Part shown: positions 26,353 through 41,144 of the stretch, one piece after another
Position numbering within the stretch: the first letter of the stretch is position 1
How the letters are laid out: each line of letters opens with the position of its first letter
NCBI RefSeq assembly: GCF_009914755.1
Contig: NC_060944.1
Reading direction: 5' to 3' (one strand)
DNA from: the human T2T-CHM13v2.0 reference genome, Homo sapiens
DNA: 64,000 nt
Translations under genes and position numbers: made by a program
The notes under the pieces: model-generated
Database searches by the model: none
What the model was told of the DNA's origin: nothing
What the model saw: the letters and a program-made list of their open reading frames with translations, nothing else

Positions 26353-27178
26353 ATCTGCTTTTGGCTCCAGTGATCTCTGAATTCCTAGTGGCTCAAGGGG
26401 CTGAGGTCATTTCTGATAAAAATGGTTTTGGAAGAAAAGAATGGGATATTTTTTAAGCATTAGGGAGAATAGCAATCAAAGCCACATTTCTAGATGTATT
26501 GATAGAAATCCAACACTAAAAACAAGATGCTATTACTCTGCCAGGCACACATCTACTTCCTGATGCCAACCCTAAAGTCTCTCGTGACCTCTGTACTAAC
26601 AGGACCCCAGGATCTAACAGTCCCCCAGAAAGAACAGAGAAAATGTATTGCAACAAGCCCTAGGAAAGTCCCTGATCTACTAGTGCCATGAGTATTCCCC
26701 AAGTCCACAGCAGCATATCTCTTCACTTAGCTTAAGAACTGTCCTACTCCTACAGCATACATTTAGATGCAATCACACCAAAGAGTGATATGTCAAGTCT
26801 CCACCACTTCAGCAAGAGTGAGTGGATTTAAAAATGTTATCTGTGATGGAAAGACCAGACGACCAGGCCAGAGTCTTGGGGCAGGTGGTGTGTTAATAAT
26901 AGAAATTCTACTCCTTTTATGCCCTTTCACCCTTTATTCTAAGGATGATTCCAGGGAAAGCCAAACATCCAGGAGAAGAAGCCAACATAGAGGAATAAGA
27001 AAAATCACTAGTCTAGGAATAAGAGATCTGGATTCCATTCTAGCTCTGTTTTAAGAACTAGTATATCTTTAATTAAATCTTTTCTTTCCTGCAAGCTTAA
27101 GTCCCACATCTGCCCATGAAAAACTTTGACACAGTTAACTTCATAGTACATGCTGACTAAATATTGTAGAGCTTCCTT

Positions 27179-27416
27179 AAAAAGAAAGAAAGAGAGAGGG
27201 AGGGAGGGAGAGGGAGAAGAGAAAAAGAGAGAAGACAAAAAGAGAGAAAGAAAGCAAAGAAAGAGAAAGAAAGAAAGAAAGAAAGAAAGAGAAAGAAAGA
27301 AAAGAAAAGAGAAAGAAAGAGATGGAAGGGAGGAAAAAGGAATGAAGGAAAAAGAAAGGAAGGAAGGAAAATAAAGGAAGGGAAAGAAAGAAAAGAGAGA
27401 GAGAAAGAAGAAAGAA

Positions 27417-27448
<32 letters not shown>

Positions 27449-27485
27449 AAAAGAAAAACAAAGAAAGAAAGAAAGAGAGAAAGAA
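27179..27485 (+). repeat. Polypurine tract (unit 2)
   Basis: Seen directly; paralogous position to the unit 1 tracts. Confidence 0.95.
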
Positions 27486-28069
27486 TCTTCTCTATGAGGT
27501 CTGATATTGCTTGTAGGTGTGTGATAAAAGACTTGGTCATAGTGTTATGAGAATCCTGTCTCTCTTCACTGCATCCTTCCCAAGAACACAGAGGCCCTGT
27601 GATCAGCCACCTGCCTTATTTTACCAGCCCAGCAGTTAAAGAGGAGAGGCTGTGATGGGCTTAGGGGCCTTAGCATCAGGGAAGCTAGAATTACCTGCTA
27701 CAGTCTGCTGAACAGACTCTCTTCTCTACATGTGGAGAGACATACATTCAACAGTTTCCCTGACATGTTGCTGATTGTGCAGGGAAGGAAACCTAAATTA
27801 ACATGCAAATAACCAAGACAGCCAGAGTCATAAATGCTGTGGCTGTGGTACAATTAGCTTGAAATGTGGATCCCACCGCTTGCATAGTCTTGGAAAGTGG
27901 GGTCTCTGATGCAGAGTTCCTTCACCTTAACGTGGGGATAATAATAACCATCTCATAGACGTGCTTAAAGATATTGAGTGAGATGATCTCAACCCCAGTG
28001 CTCAAAAAAAAAAAAGTGCCAGGACAACAAATTTGGAAGTAATAATAATAAAATAATTTTTTATTATGC

Positions 28070-31075
<3,006 letters not shown>

Positions 31076-31711
31076 GTTGGCCTTTTGACTTTATCAACTA
31101 GTGAAGTTTTGACACAGTCATGAAGACATTAAGACATGAATTAAATGAGAAAAATTTTTCACGAATTAAACTTAAAGCCTGTGGTGCACAAGGAACTAGA
31201 TTTTTCATAAATCTAGAAATTATCTTGCTAATAGATCAATATCTGGCTCTTACTTTCTGTCTGTGTGTGTTTCAATGTTAATGTAGTAAAAGTAAACACT
31301 TCAAATGCACCCTTATCTGAACATGGCTGTGAGGAGTCGGTTTCAAATGTTCTGGATACACAGTGGGAAGAGGGAAATTGGTCAGTCCTGATGCAGTCCC
31401 TGGGAAAAACAATGCCCTCCTATTACCTAAAAATTCGACAGTATAAAGTAAGAATTAGGAAGAGCCAGGACAGTTCTGCAACACCCCGAAAAAAGGAAAA
31501 TCCATGGGGGCTCTGAAAAATTACACCCCAGAAGTTGTTTCACGTGGTTGCTTCCTGGAAGTGAAAGAAAACAGCTGGTGCTTCCGGGTCAAGTTGAGGC
31601 ACCTCTGATCTCCAGCCCCCGGAGCCACAGCACCACCTGCTGGTGGGGCCCCGCTAGAGCTGACATAGACAGGTCCAGCCTCCAGGTGCGCCCAATCCCT
31701 TTTCTTGCATT

Positions 31712-32090
31712 ATGAAGCTAAGCAGCCTCTCTCAACTCACTGTGACCGTCCCCCTTTGCCTCCTCCACATGGCCCAGCCTGGAGCCCTGAAAAGTGGCGG
31801 GTAGGGCGTGGCGACGCGTACTGTGGCTGGAGTTGGGGAGCATTTCCTCTGAGGAGTCCATGCGACGACCTGGCCCTCATGCCTGGAAGTCACTTGGTGT
31901 CCCCGACTCACCCTGTGGCATTTTTCTCCAGCTGCACAGAAACCTGAATGTTGCCCAGAGTTTTCTGTTGCCTGCCCTTTCATCCTGTTACCCATGTGCT
32001 GGCAGGATAAAATTTGCAAAGGGGTTAAATGGTGTTGCTACTACGAACGTCGGCATTAGTGTATGGAGTCCTGCTGGACTTTGGATTGAG
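31712..32090 (+). pseudogene. WFDC15-like WAP-domain pseudogene, copy A (exon 1 31712-31800, exon 2 31932-32090)
   Basis: Exon 1 reads MKLSSLSQLTVTVPLCLLHMAQPGALKSG, with donor GG|GTAGGG. It is 89 nt long, so out of phase with exon 2. Exon 2 follows TTCTCCAG and reads AQKPECCPEFSVACPFILLPMCWQDKICKGVKWCCYYERRH*CMESCWTLD*, a WAP four-disulphide-core pattern with a premature TAG at 32057-32059 and Cys7 replaced by Arg. Confidence 0.88.
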
Positions 32091-32836
32091 GTTAGGAGCC
32101 CCAGATCTGCTGCCCGTGAAACCTTCCTGCAGAAGCATTGTCTTAGAAGGAGTTGAGAACTTCATGTTCCCCTAGAAAATCGTTGTGATCAGAGGTTTTA
32201 AATTGGGTCGACCCATAGATCTGCCTCTGGACAATGAAGCAAGACCTCCTTGCTTAGATTATGCACCTTCCATTTCACACAACGGACTTCACCCTTCTCC
32301 TCTCTGTAAAGAGGATATTTCAGCAAGATTCATTAAGATCCTCAACAGTTACCGGGTTTTTATTATTTTTTATTCCTATTTTCTACAGCTTATAATAATG
32401 AAACACTTTCCTCTTCATATTTACATTGTGAGTGTTTATATAATTTCACACTTCCTTAGGATGGCTTGCCTAGAATCCCTGATCCCCGTCCTTGATTCCT
32501 GGATAGCACATGCCAGTGTTCTTTGGAGAATACATAAGAGGATCCAGACAATGGCGTCCTATTGCCTCAAAATCTGCTGGATGAAGTAAAAATGATGAAG
32601 AGTTCTGTAACACCCTGAAAGGAGGCAGTCCATGAGGGCTCTCAGAAGTTACATCCCAGTTGTTTCACGTTGTCTCTTCCTGGAGGTGAAAGGAAACAGA
32701 TGGTGCTTCCGGGTTAAGCGGAGGCACCTCTGACCTCCAGCCCCGGGAGTCAAAACGCCATCTGTTGATGGGGCCCCGCCAAAGCTGACATAGACAGGTC
32801 CAGCCTCCAGGTGCCCCCACACCGTTTTCTTGCATT

Positions 32837-33328
32837 ATGAAGCTGAGCGGCTTCTTTCTACTCTCTGTGAACATCCTCCTTTGCCTCTGAATGACCCAGC
32901 CTGGAGTCTTGAGGAGTGCAGGTAGGGCCTGGCGACCCTGGGTGTGGCTGGGGTTGGGAACGTTTCCTCTGAGGAGTCCATGGGGTGACCTGGCCTGGAA
33001 ATCACACATTGGTGCCCACTCATCCTACGGCTTTTTTTTTTTTTTTTGGAGTCTCGTTCTGTCACCCAGGCTGGAGTGCAGTGACGAGATCTCGGCTCAC
33101 TGCATCCTCCGCCTCCTGGATTTAAGCGATTCTCCTGCCTCAGCCTCCTGACCTATGGCGTTTTTTCCAGCTGCACGGAAACCGGGATATTGCCCAGAGT
33201 TTGATCTTGACTGCCCTTTCACTCTCTTACCTATGCGCTGGCGTGATAAGAGTTGCAGGGGGTCAAGAAGTGTTGCTACTACAACTGTCGGCATCAGTGT
33301 ATGGAGCCCTGGTGGACTTTGGATTGAG
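32837..33328 (+). pseudogene. WFDC15-like WAP-domain pseudogene, copy B (exon 1 32837-32921, exon 2 33171-33328, candidate exon 3 from 33912)
   Basis: Exon 1 (85 nt, phase 1) reads [27 protein letters not shown], with TGA at 32888-32890. Exon 2 reads [30 protein letters not shown], then a 1-nt deletion in the G run 33258-33262, then [20 protein letters not shown], followed by donor G|GTGAGG. It resembles rodent WFDC15B (MKLLGLSLL...KPGYCPE..CPF) as recalled. Confidence 0.92.
33031..33150 (-). mobile_element. 5'-truncated Alu in intron 1 of pseudogene copy B
   Basis: T run followed by GGAGTCTCGTTCTGTCACCCAGGGCTGGAGTGCAG...CCTCAGCCTCCTG; absent from copy A. Confidence 0.92.
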
Positions 33329-33911
33329 GTGAGGAGCCCCAGATCTGCTGTTCTCCTTGCTGCCCCTAACTCCTTCCCTCAGAAGCATTTGTCTTAGAGA
33401 GAACTGAGAACTTCCCATGCGTTTAGCAACCGTTGTGAGCAGGGCTTTTAAATTGGGTCAGTCCACGCATTTGCCTCTCTAAAGTGAAGGAGGAGGCTCA
33501 ACAGACCTCTTTGCTCAGATATGCACCTTCCACTTCACATAATGGGCATCACTCTTCTCCTCTCTATAACTCTCTATAATGTCGACATTTCAACAAGATT
33601 ATCTCTAAGGTACTCAATAGTTACTGGATTTTATTATTTATTTTCAAATCCTTTTACTTACAGTTTACAATCATGAAACATTTTCCTCTTTACATTTACA
33701 TCGTGAGGTAAGTTTATAATTTCACAATTCCTTAGGATGGCTTGCCTAGAGTCCCTGATCCCCAGTCCCTGACTCTTTGGCAGCACCTGCCAGTGTTCTT
33801 GTGAGGAGAATACCTAACAGGAATCACGCCTCAATGCCCCCGGGACACAAAACCATGTGCCCTGTACATTTTGCATCTTCCTATATCTCTGGTTTCCTGT
33901 TCTCTCCCAAG

Positions 33912-34085
33912 ATGGAAAGCCCTTCTTAACCAGGACTGAGGAGACACAAGTGCTACAGGCTCAGTCTGGGATAACTGGTCTCCATGTTGTCCATGATCGC
34001 TCAGGCCCAGAACTTCCTTTTAGCAAGAGTTAAATGCTTCTTACTATGATAACAAGACGAAGAAATAAAGCGTTGTATATTTAAA
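33912..34085 (+). other. Candidate non-coding exon 3 of the WFDC15-like pseudogene
   Basis: A long pyrimidine tract ends in CCCAAG at 33911, and AATAAA lies at 34064-34069. This fits the layout with a stop at the end of exon 2 and a non-coding last exon, as seen in SEMG1/2. Confidence 0.55.
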
Positions 34086-34984
34086 ACTCTTTGAAAATCT
34101 AAGTCTGCTGGATTGATCTCTTGCTCTCCCTCTCTACTCAGCCATGTTGCATAATCCCTTAGGAACTGTAAAATGGACAGAGTTACTGTTTCACATTTAG
34201 TTTCATCAATTCCTGCACTTGTGTTTTTCTGATATATTTGTCTCTTTCAATATCTCCTGACACTCAGATTCTCTGTTGGTCAGATTCCAGGTGCATTTTG
34301 GAGTTAAATTCTCTGGGTTTGCATCCTATGAATGGCATGCCGATTAATCCTGTAATGGAAGAGCAAGGCATTTTTGCTTCAGTTTTTCTGGTACTACTGC
34401 TGGTGGCCTTTCCAAGTGTTGAAGTAATATGATCTGCGATTGGATTTGGAACTTAGGGTCAGAAACTGAGCAAGATGTACTTTAGTTCTAGGTACTTTCA
34501 TTCCTAAAAATTGAGCCACCCTAAATTAGGAGAACAAAATCCTTGTGGTTCAGCCTACATCCCTTGAGTCTTTGCTTGAGGGTTGGGCCCTAGGTCTACC
34601 TAATAATGAAGTGTAATTAGCCATGAATTTTCCAAATTTATAACTCTGTGCTTCATTCTTCCTTAACTCCCACAAATGTTGCAGAGGTCTGGGAAAGTAA
34701 TTTTCCAAAATTTTATTTATCTCTGACAAGTATCTTAACAATTTTGAAAAACTACTTTTTCCCAAGCATGTTTTAAACTGACATCTAATAATTTTATCAT
34801 CATTGCATAGTTTCAAGAGATAAAAATTTAGGTATATGATAAATGTTGTCATTTAAATCAAATGGGTATCTTACTCTATGAGGTTTCTAATAGAATCTAA
34901 CTACAATGTTCATTTGTTAGTAACATCTATTAGGGAAGAAAAAAAACATGTCCTTTTTCCTCATCATCTCTCTATCTTTCACAT

Positions 34985-35344
34985 CAGAGAGGAGCTACCC
35001 TCTCTGCAAGAGCTTCGAAGAGAGAAGCTACCCTTTCTGCGAGAGCTTCAAAGACCAGCAGACATCCGAACACCCTGCCTGCAGAGAGGAGCCACCCTCT
35101 CCAGGGCCCCCTCTCTGTTGAGAGCTGAATACTCAAGGGATGATCTGCCTACAGAGAGTAACAACCCACTACAGGTCTCCTCTGAGCTCTTCTAACACTA
35201 AATAAAGCTCTTCTTCATCGTCTTCACCCTTCACTTGTCTGTGTACCTTATTCTTTCTGGATGCAGAACAGGAACTCAGGCAAAGGTGCCACCAGCCACA
35301 GAGGTTTCTGGAAAGAAAATGAACACCCCAAAGATCATGTAACA
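34985..35344 (+). mobile_element. ERV1-class LTR 3' part (LTR9-like)
   Basis: Repeated GAGCTACCC motifs, AATAAAGCTC poly-A signal, and end ...CCCCAAAGATCATGTAACA. Confidence 0.7.
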
Positions 35345-38300
35345 CTTCTACTAATTTGGGTTTGGCTTGTTCTTGCTTTTCTAGTTTTTTGAGATGCATT
35401 GTTAGGTTACTTATTTGATATCTTTCCAGTTTTTTTATGTAGGGGCTTATTGCTATTAACTTGCCTCTTAATACTATTTTTGCCATGCTCCATAAGTTTC
35501 GTTTTTTTGTATTTCTACTTTTGATTGTTTCAAGGAATTTTTAATTTTATTCTTAATTTCTTTTTTCATCCACTGGTCATTCAGGAGCATGTCGTTTAAT
35601 TTCCATATATTTTGTATAGTTTTGAATGTTCCTGTTGTTATTGATGTCTAGTTTTATTTCCTTGTGGTCATATAAGATACTTGATATGATTTTGATTTTT
35701 TAAAATTTTTTGAGACTTCTTTTGTATTTTAGCACTTGGTCAATCCTGGAGAATGTTTCATGTGCAGATACAACAAAAGTGCATTCCATAGCTGCTGGGT
35801 AAAATGTTTTGCAAATGTCTGTTAAGTTCATTTGATCTATAGTACAGTTTAAACTTGATGCTTCTGGGTTAATTTTCCATCTTGATTATCTTTCCAATAC
35901 TGAGAGTAGGGTGTTAAAATCCCCACGTATTATTGCGTTAGAGTCTATCTCTCCCTTCAGCTCTAATAATGTTCACCTTATATATCCAGATGCTCCAGTG
36001 TTGGGTGCATATATATTTATAATTATTATGTTCTCTTGCTGAATTAGTCCCTTTACTATTACATAATGTTCTTATTTGTCCCTTTTTCCAGATTTTGACT
36101 TGAAGTCTATTTTGTCTGATATTAGTATAGCTACTCCTTCTTGCTTTTGGTTTCTGTTTGCATGGAATATCTTTTCCATACCTTCAATTCAACCCCATAT
36201 ATGTCTTTACAGGTGATGTGAGTTCTCGTGGGCAGGACACAGTTGAGTTTAGGTGTTTTACCCATTCAGCCAGTCTACATATTTTAAATGGTGAATTTAA
36301 TCCATTTATATTCGGGGCTGTTGTTGAAAGGTGAGGGCTTAAACCTCTTATTTTATTGATTGTTTTCTGATTGTTTCATATATCTTTTGTTCCTTACTTC
36401 CTATCTTATTGTAAGTTTTGGGCTGGGTTGTTTTCTGTGGTGACAATTCTTGATTCTTTTCTCTTCCTCCTTTGTGTATCGGCTCTGCCAGTGAGTTTTA
36501 GAGTTTCTTAAACTTTCATGATGGTGGCAGTTGTCTTCTCACTTCCAGACATGACTCTCTTGAAAATATTTTGTAAAGCCAGTCTAGTGGTGATGAATCC
36601 CCTTAGCTATTGCTTATCTATGAAGAATTTTATTTCTCTTTCATTTCTGAAAGATAATTTTGCTGGGTATTCTTGTCCACTAGTTTTTTTTTTCTTTTAG
36701 TAATTTGAATATATTATTCCATTCTCTTCTGGACTATAAGGTTTTTGCTAAGAAATCCTCTGTTAGTCTGATGAGGATTTCATTATATGTGACATGATGC
36801 TTTTCTCTTCTTGTTTTAAGAATTCTTTCTTTGTCTGTGACTTTTGACAATTTGACAATAGCGTGCCTCAGAAAGGACCTGTTTGGGTTGAACCTAAATG
36901 GGGTGTTTTGAGCTTCCTGGACCTGTATGTCCATCTCACTGCCAATACTTGGGAAGTTTTCAGCTATTTTTAACATGTTATTTATACATTTTCCATTCTC
37001 TTTTCTTCTGGAATGCCCGTAATGTGAATACTTGTTCACTTAATTTTGAACAAATGGTGTCCCCAGAATCCTGTAGGCTTTCTTCATTTATTTTTATTCT
37101 TTTTTATCTTTTTGTCTGCTGATATTATTTCAAGTATCCTGTCCTCTAGTGTAGAAATTATTTCTACTCTGTTGTTAAAGTTCACAGTTGTATTTTTTTA
37201 TTTTATTCATTGAATTCTTCAACTCTAGAATTTTTGTTTGGTACATGGCTGCGTGGCCAGCCTGGGAGTGTTCCTGCCAGGGGTAGCCCATGAGGCTGTT
37301 TCTCAGGCCCAGGATGTGGTCACACAGCTGCTTGGCTGACCCGGGTGTATGTCGGCTGGGGGCAACCTGAAAGACTGCTTCTCTGTCCTGGAATGCAAGC
37401 ACAAGGCTGTCCAGCTGGACTTGGGGGTCTGTCTGCTGGAGGTGGCCCCAGAGGGCTGCTTCTTAGGTCTAGGATGCAGGGCACACAGCTGATTGACCCT
37501 CCTGGGGGCATGTCTGCCAGGGGTTGACCACAGGGCTGCTTCTCAAGCCTGGATTACAGGTGCAAGGCTGCTTGGCTGGACTCAGTGCATGTCTGCTGGG
37601 GCTTTCTGTTTCTCAGCCCCAGGATGTGAATTAATGGCTGCTCAGCCCACCTGAAGGCTTCCCCTGGTGAGGAAGCCTGTGGTGTTGTTTCTCAGTCCCA
37701 GGGCATGGCTGCACAGCTGCTCATGCAGCCTAGGGCATGTCTGCCAGGGGCAGCCCACAGGTCTGTATCTCAGGCCCTGATTGTGGGTGCAGGGCCATTG
37801 GGTAGGCCAGGGGCTTGTTTGAGTGGGTGGGGCACCATGGAAATGTTTCTAATCCCTAGACATGGATGTGTACCTGCTTCTCAGGCCTTGGAATGTGTCA
37901 ACTTCTCAGAGGCCTGAGCACCACTTTCACTCAGAGGAGGGTGTGCAGCAGTTTGACTGGTTCAAGGGCAGGTTTACCCTGTGCGGGACTGTCATGCCAT
38001 TCCTCCAGGCGGAAGTGAGGGCAGCGGGGGTTGTTTGTTCTACAGGACCAGAGTCACAGCCAGTCCTGTATCCACACTTGATGCTGCTGGGATTATGGCA
38101 TTCAGCCACTGGTGTGGGCCTGGTGGAATGAAGACCAAGCCCTGTTGAGGGAAAAGTGCAGTGGCTACTGGGCTCCACAGGAGGGCGCACTCCACAGGTG
38201 GCTCTGGTCTCAAGATGGCACCTGCTGCAGCATCTTGGCTGACAGTGGGTAGGTGGACTATGAGGAGTGCACCCCTTGTGCTTTCAGTTCAAAGCAATGC

Positions 38301-38690
38301 ACCTGCATGAATTCCTAGCAGCGTTTCAAACGGCTCAGGGCTTGTGTGTGAGTACTGCAGGATTCTCCGTAGTAAGGATTTTAGGTGTTTGTGGTGGTAG
38401 TGGAGACTAGTGCGGTTCTTTTGCTTACCTTTTCCCCACAATAGGATGTCCTCCTGACTCCAGATAGATCGGATCCAGGTGTGGAAGACAGGGCGGCAGA
38501 TGCTGGATGCATCCATGCTGCCCTGCTAGACTTCCAATCCCCACAGGTGCATCTCCACTCCCCTGCTATATTCGAATACTCTTCCTTGGACTCTCTAATC
38601 GAGTTTCATCAGTTTATTCATTGCTTTGGTACTTTCTTGTGGGGAGAATGAGTGCCTGTCTTCTATAGTCAGTCGTCTTGGTGACATCAC
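35345..38690 (-). mobile_element. Old L1: ORF2 5' part, ORF1 and 5'UTR block (unit 3 copy)
   Basis: Peptides AKIVLRGKLIAISPYIKKLERYQISNL and ENFPSIGSEMDIQVQEAQ. 37240-38690 aligns with 680-2228. Confidence 0.88.
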
Positions 38691-38749
38691 TGAGCTAAAT
38701 TTCTTTATACTGCATATCCCATCCTGAATTATTGGAGTCTTTTTTAAAA

Positions 38750-39576
38750 TAATTTTTATTCTTAACCTTCATACTAAAGATATGATTTGCATACCACCAT
38801 TATAGTATTAGAGCATTCTGAATTTATGTAATTACTTCTACTACTAATGAGTTCTATACTTTTAATTTTTCTATTGTTACACATGAGTACTCTTTCTTTC
38901 ATCTTTTCTTTAGCTTTTCTTGTAAGAGAGGGTTCCCCATCCGCCCCCCACCCCCACTCAGCCCACATAGCAGGAGGTGAGCAGAGAGTGAGTGAGCGTT
39001 ACCACCTGAGCTCTGCCTCCTGTCAGATCAGGGGTGGCATTAGTTTCTCATAGGAGCAGGAACCTTATTGTGAACTGTGCATGCAAGGGATCTAGGTTGC
39101 ATGCTCCCTATGGCCCCCACTGCCCCGCCCCACCACCCCCTCCCTCCCCACCCCTATCCATGGAAAAATTGTCTTCCACGAAATCAGTCCCTGGTGCCAA
39201 AAGGTTTAGGATCACTGTTGTAAGATATGCCTGTTAGTGATGAAGTTCTTCAGCTTTTGATTGTCTAGGAAAGTATTTCTCCTTCATTTCTGAAAGACAA
39301 CTTTTCTGGGTACAGTATCCACGGATAACAGTTTTTTTTTTCTTCATCACTTTGAATATCTCATGCCACTCTCCTTCTGGCCTTTAAGGTTCCTGTTGAG
39401 AAGTTTGTATGTAGGTATATTGGAACTCCCTTATATGTTATTTGCTTCTTTTCTCTTGCTGCTTTCAGGATCCTTTCTTTGTCTTTGATCTTTTATAGTT
39501 TGACTATTATATGTATGTCTGGTATTTTTTGGACTGAATCTGATTGGTGACCTTTGACCTTTCTGTACCTTGATAT
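38750..39576 (-). mobile_element. Old L1 fragment homologous to 4320-5335
   Basis: CCTTCATACTAAAGATA...TGATTGGTGAC is colinear with the L1 upstream of SEMG1. Confidence 0.8.
38928..39217 (+). mobile_element. MER1B-like hAT DNA transposon
   Basis: ...CATGGAAAAATTGTCTTCCACGAAATCAGTCCCTGGTGCCAAAA; perfect 8-bp TSD TTGTAAGA at 38920-38927 and 39218-39225. Confidence 0.92.
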
Positions 39577-40144
39577 ATCAGGGGGTTTGCTAGGGCCTGT
39601 TGCAATACATTTCTCTGGTATTTCTGAGAGATTGTTAGTCCCTAATCTACTGGTGCCATCAATTCCACAAATCCACAGCAGCCCAACCCGTCACTTGGTT
39701 CAAGGACTGTGCTCCTCCTACAGTATCCATTAAGATCTTAAGATCTTGTACCAGCGATTGATGTGGCAACTCTCTACCATTTCAGTAAGCATGACTGGGT
39801 AAAACAATCTGTGAATAGACATACCAGAGGATGGTCTAAAAGAGTTTTGGGGGTTGGGAAGTCTTAAAATGGAAGCTCTGCTGCCTATACTGTCTTCTTC
39901 CCCTCTCCTAAGAAAGTTTCCAGGGAAGGATAAACCTCTAGGAGAAGAAGCCAGAATGGGAGAATAGAAAACCTTTGGACTGGGGATAGGAGATCTGGAT
40001 TTTAGTTCCAGCTCTGCCATAAGAACCTGTGCATCTTCAATTAAATCTGTTTTCTCTCCAAGCTTAAGTTCCTCATCTGCACATAGAAAATTTGGTGTAG
40101 TAATTCTGATCATGCGTGCTAGCCCAACATTCTGGGAGTTCATT

Positions 40145-40328
40145 TAAAAAGAAGAAAGAAGGAAAGATAAAATAAAGAAAGGAGAGAAAGGAAGGAAGAA
40201 AGAAAGAAGAAAGAAAAAAGGAAGAAAGAAGGAAGAAAGGAAGAAGGAAGGAAACAAAGAAGAAAGGAAGAGAGGAGGAAGGAAGGAAAGAGTGAGAGAG
40301 AAAGAAAGAAGAAGGAAGGAAGGAAGGA
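40145..40328 (+). repeat. Polypurine tract (unit 3)
   Basis: Seen directly. Confidence 0.95.
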
Positions 40329-40855
40329 TCTTCTCTATCAGATCTAAATTTTGCCTGTAGGTGTGTGGTAACAGACATCATCACAGTGGCATGAGAACCT
40401 GTCTCCACTGCACTGTTCCCTAGAGCACGGATGCCCTGTGCTCAGCCACCTGCCTTATTTTTCCAGCCCAGCAATTGAAGAGGAGAGACCATGGTGGGCT
40501 TAGGGGCCTTAGCATCAGGGAAGCTATAATTCCCTGCTAGAGTCTGGTGACAAGATTCTCACTTTTATGTGTGGCCAGAGATACATTCAACAGTGTTCTT
40601 GACACACTGGTAATGGTATGGAGTCAGGAAGGGTATCTAAATTGATATGCCAACAAGCAAAAGAGCCAGAGCCATAAATGCTCTGGGAGAATACACTCAA
40701 GAATATGCTGGTTATTAGCAGGCGAACAATTAAAATTTTGGATCTCCTAGCAAAGTTAACAGTTCTATACATAAATGTACAATTAGCATGAACCTTGGTT
40801 TTCACCACTTACATAGTCTTGAGCAGCAAGGTCTCTGATGCTGAACTTCTGCATC

Positions 40856-41144
40856 TTTTTCTTTTCTTTTCTTTTTTCTTTTTTCTCACTCTGTCACCCA
40901 GGCTGGAGTGCAGTGGTGTGATCTTGGCTCACTGCAGCATTGACCTGATTTTCCCACCTCAGCCCCCTGAGTAGCTGGGATTACAGGTGCACGCCACCAT
41001 GGCCAGCTAATTTTTTGTATTTTTAGTAGAGATGGGGTTTCACTATGCTGCCCAGGATGGTCTTGAACTCCTGAACTCAAGCAATCTGCCTGTCTCGGCC
41101 TCCCAGAGTGCTGGGATTACAGGCATGAGCCCCCACGCCTGGCC
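40856..41144 (-). mobile_element. Alu with internal deletion
   Basis: T-rich tail and Alu body; degenerate TSD GAACTTCTGCATCTT / GACCTCCTGCGTCTT. Confidence 0.95.

Larger units (their letters stand above)
31472..33810 (+). repeat. Tandem duplication of about 1.1 kb (31472-32535 versus 32601-33810) carrying the WFDC15-like promoter and exons 1-2
   Basis: Colinear homology from AGTTCTG-AACACCC to CTTAGGATGGCTTGCCTAGA...GCCAGTGTTCTT. Copy B has an extra Alu fragment. Confidence 0.92.

Noticed and set aside
33155-33397. 80-aa [18 protein letters not shown]... as a functional gene
   Set aside because: It starts in intron 1 and runs out of the WAP frame after the G deletion; it is part of the pseudogene.
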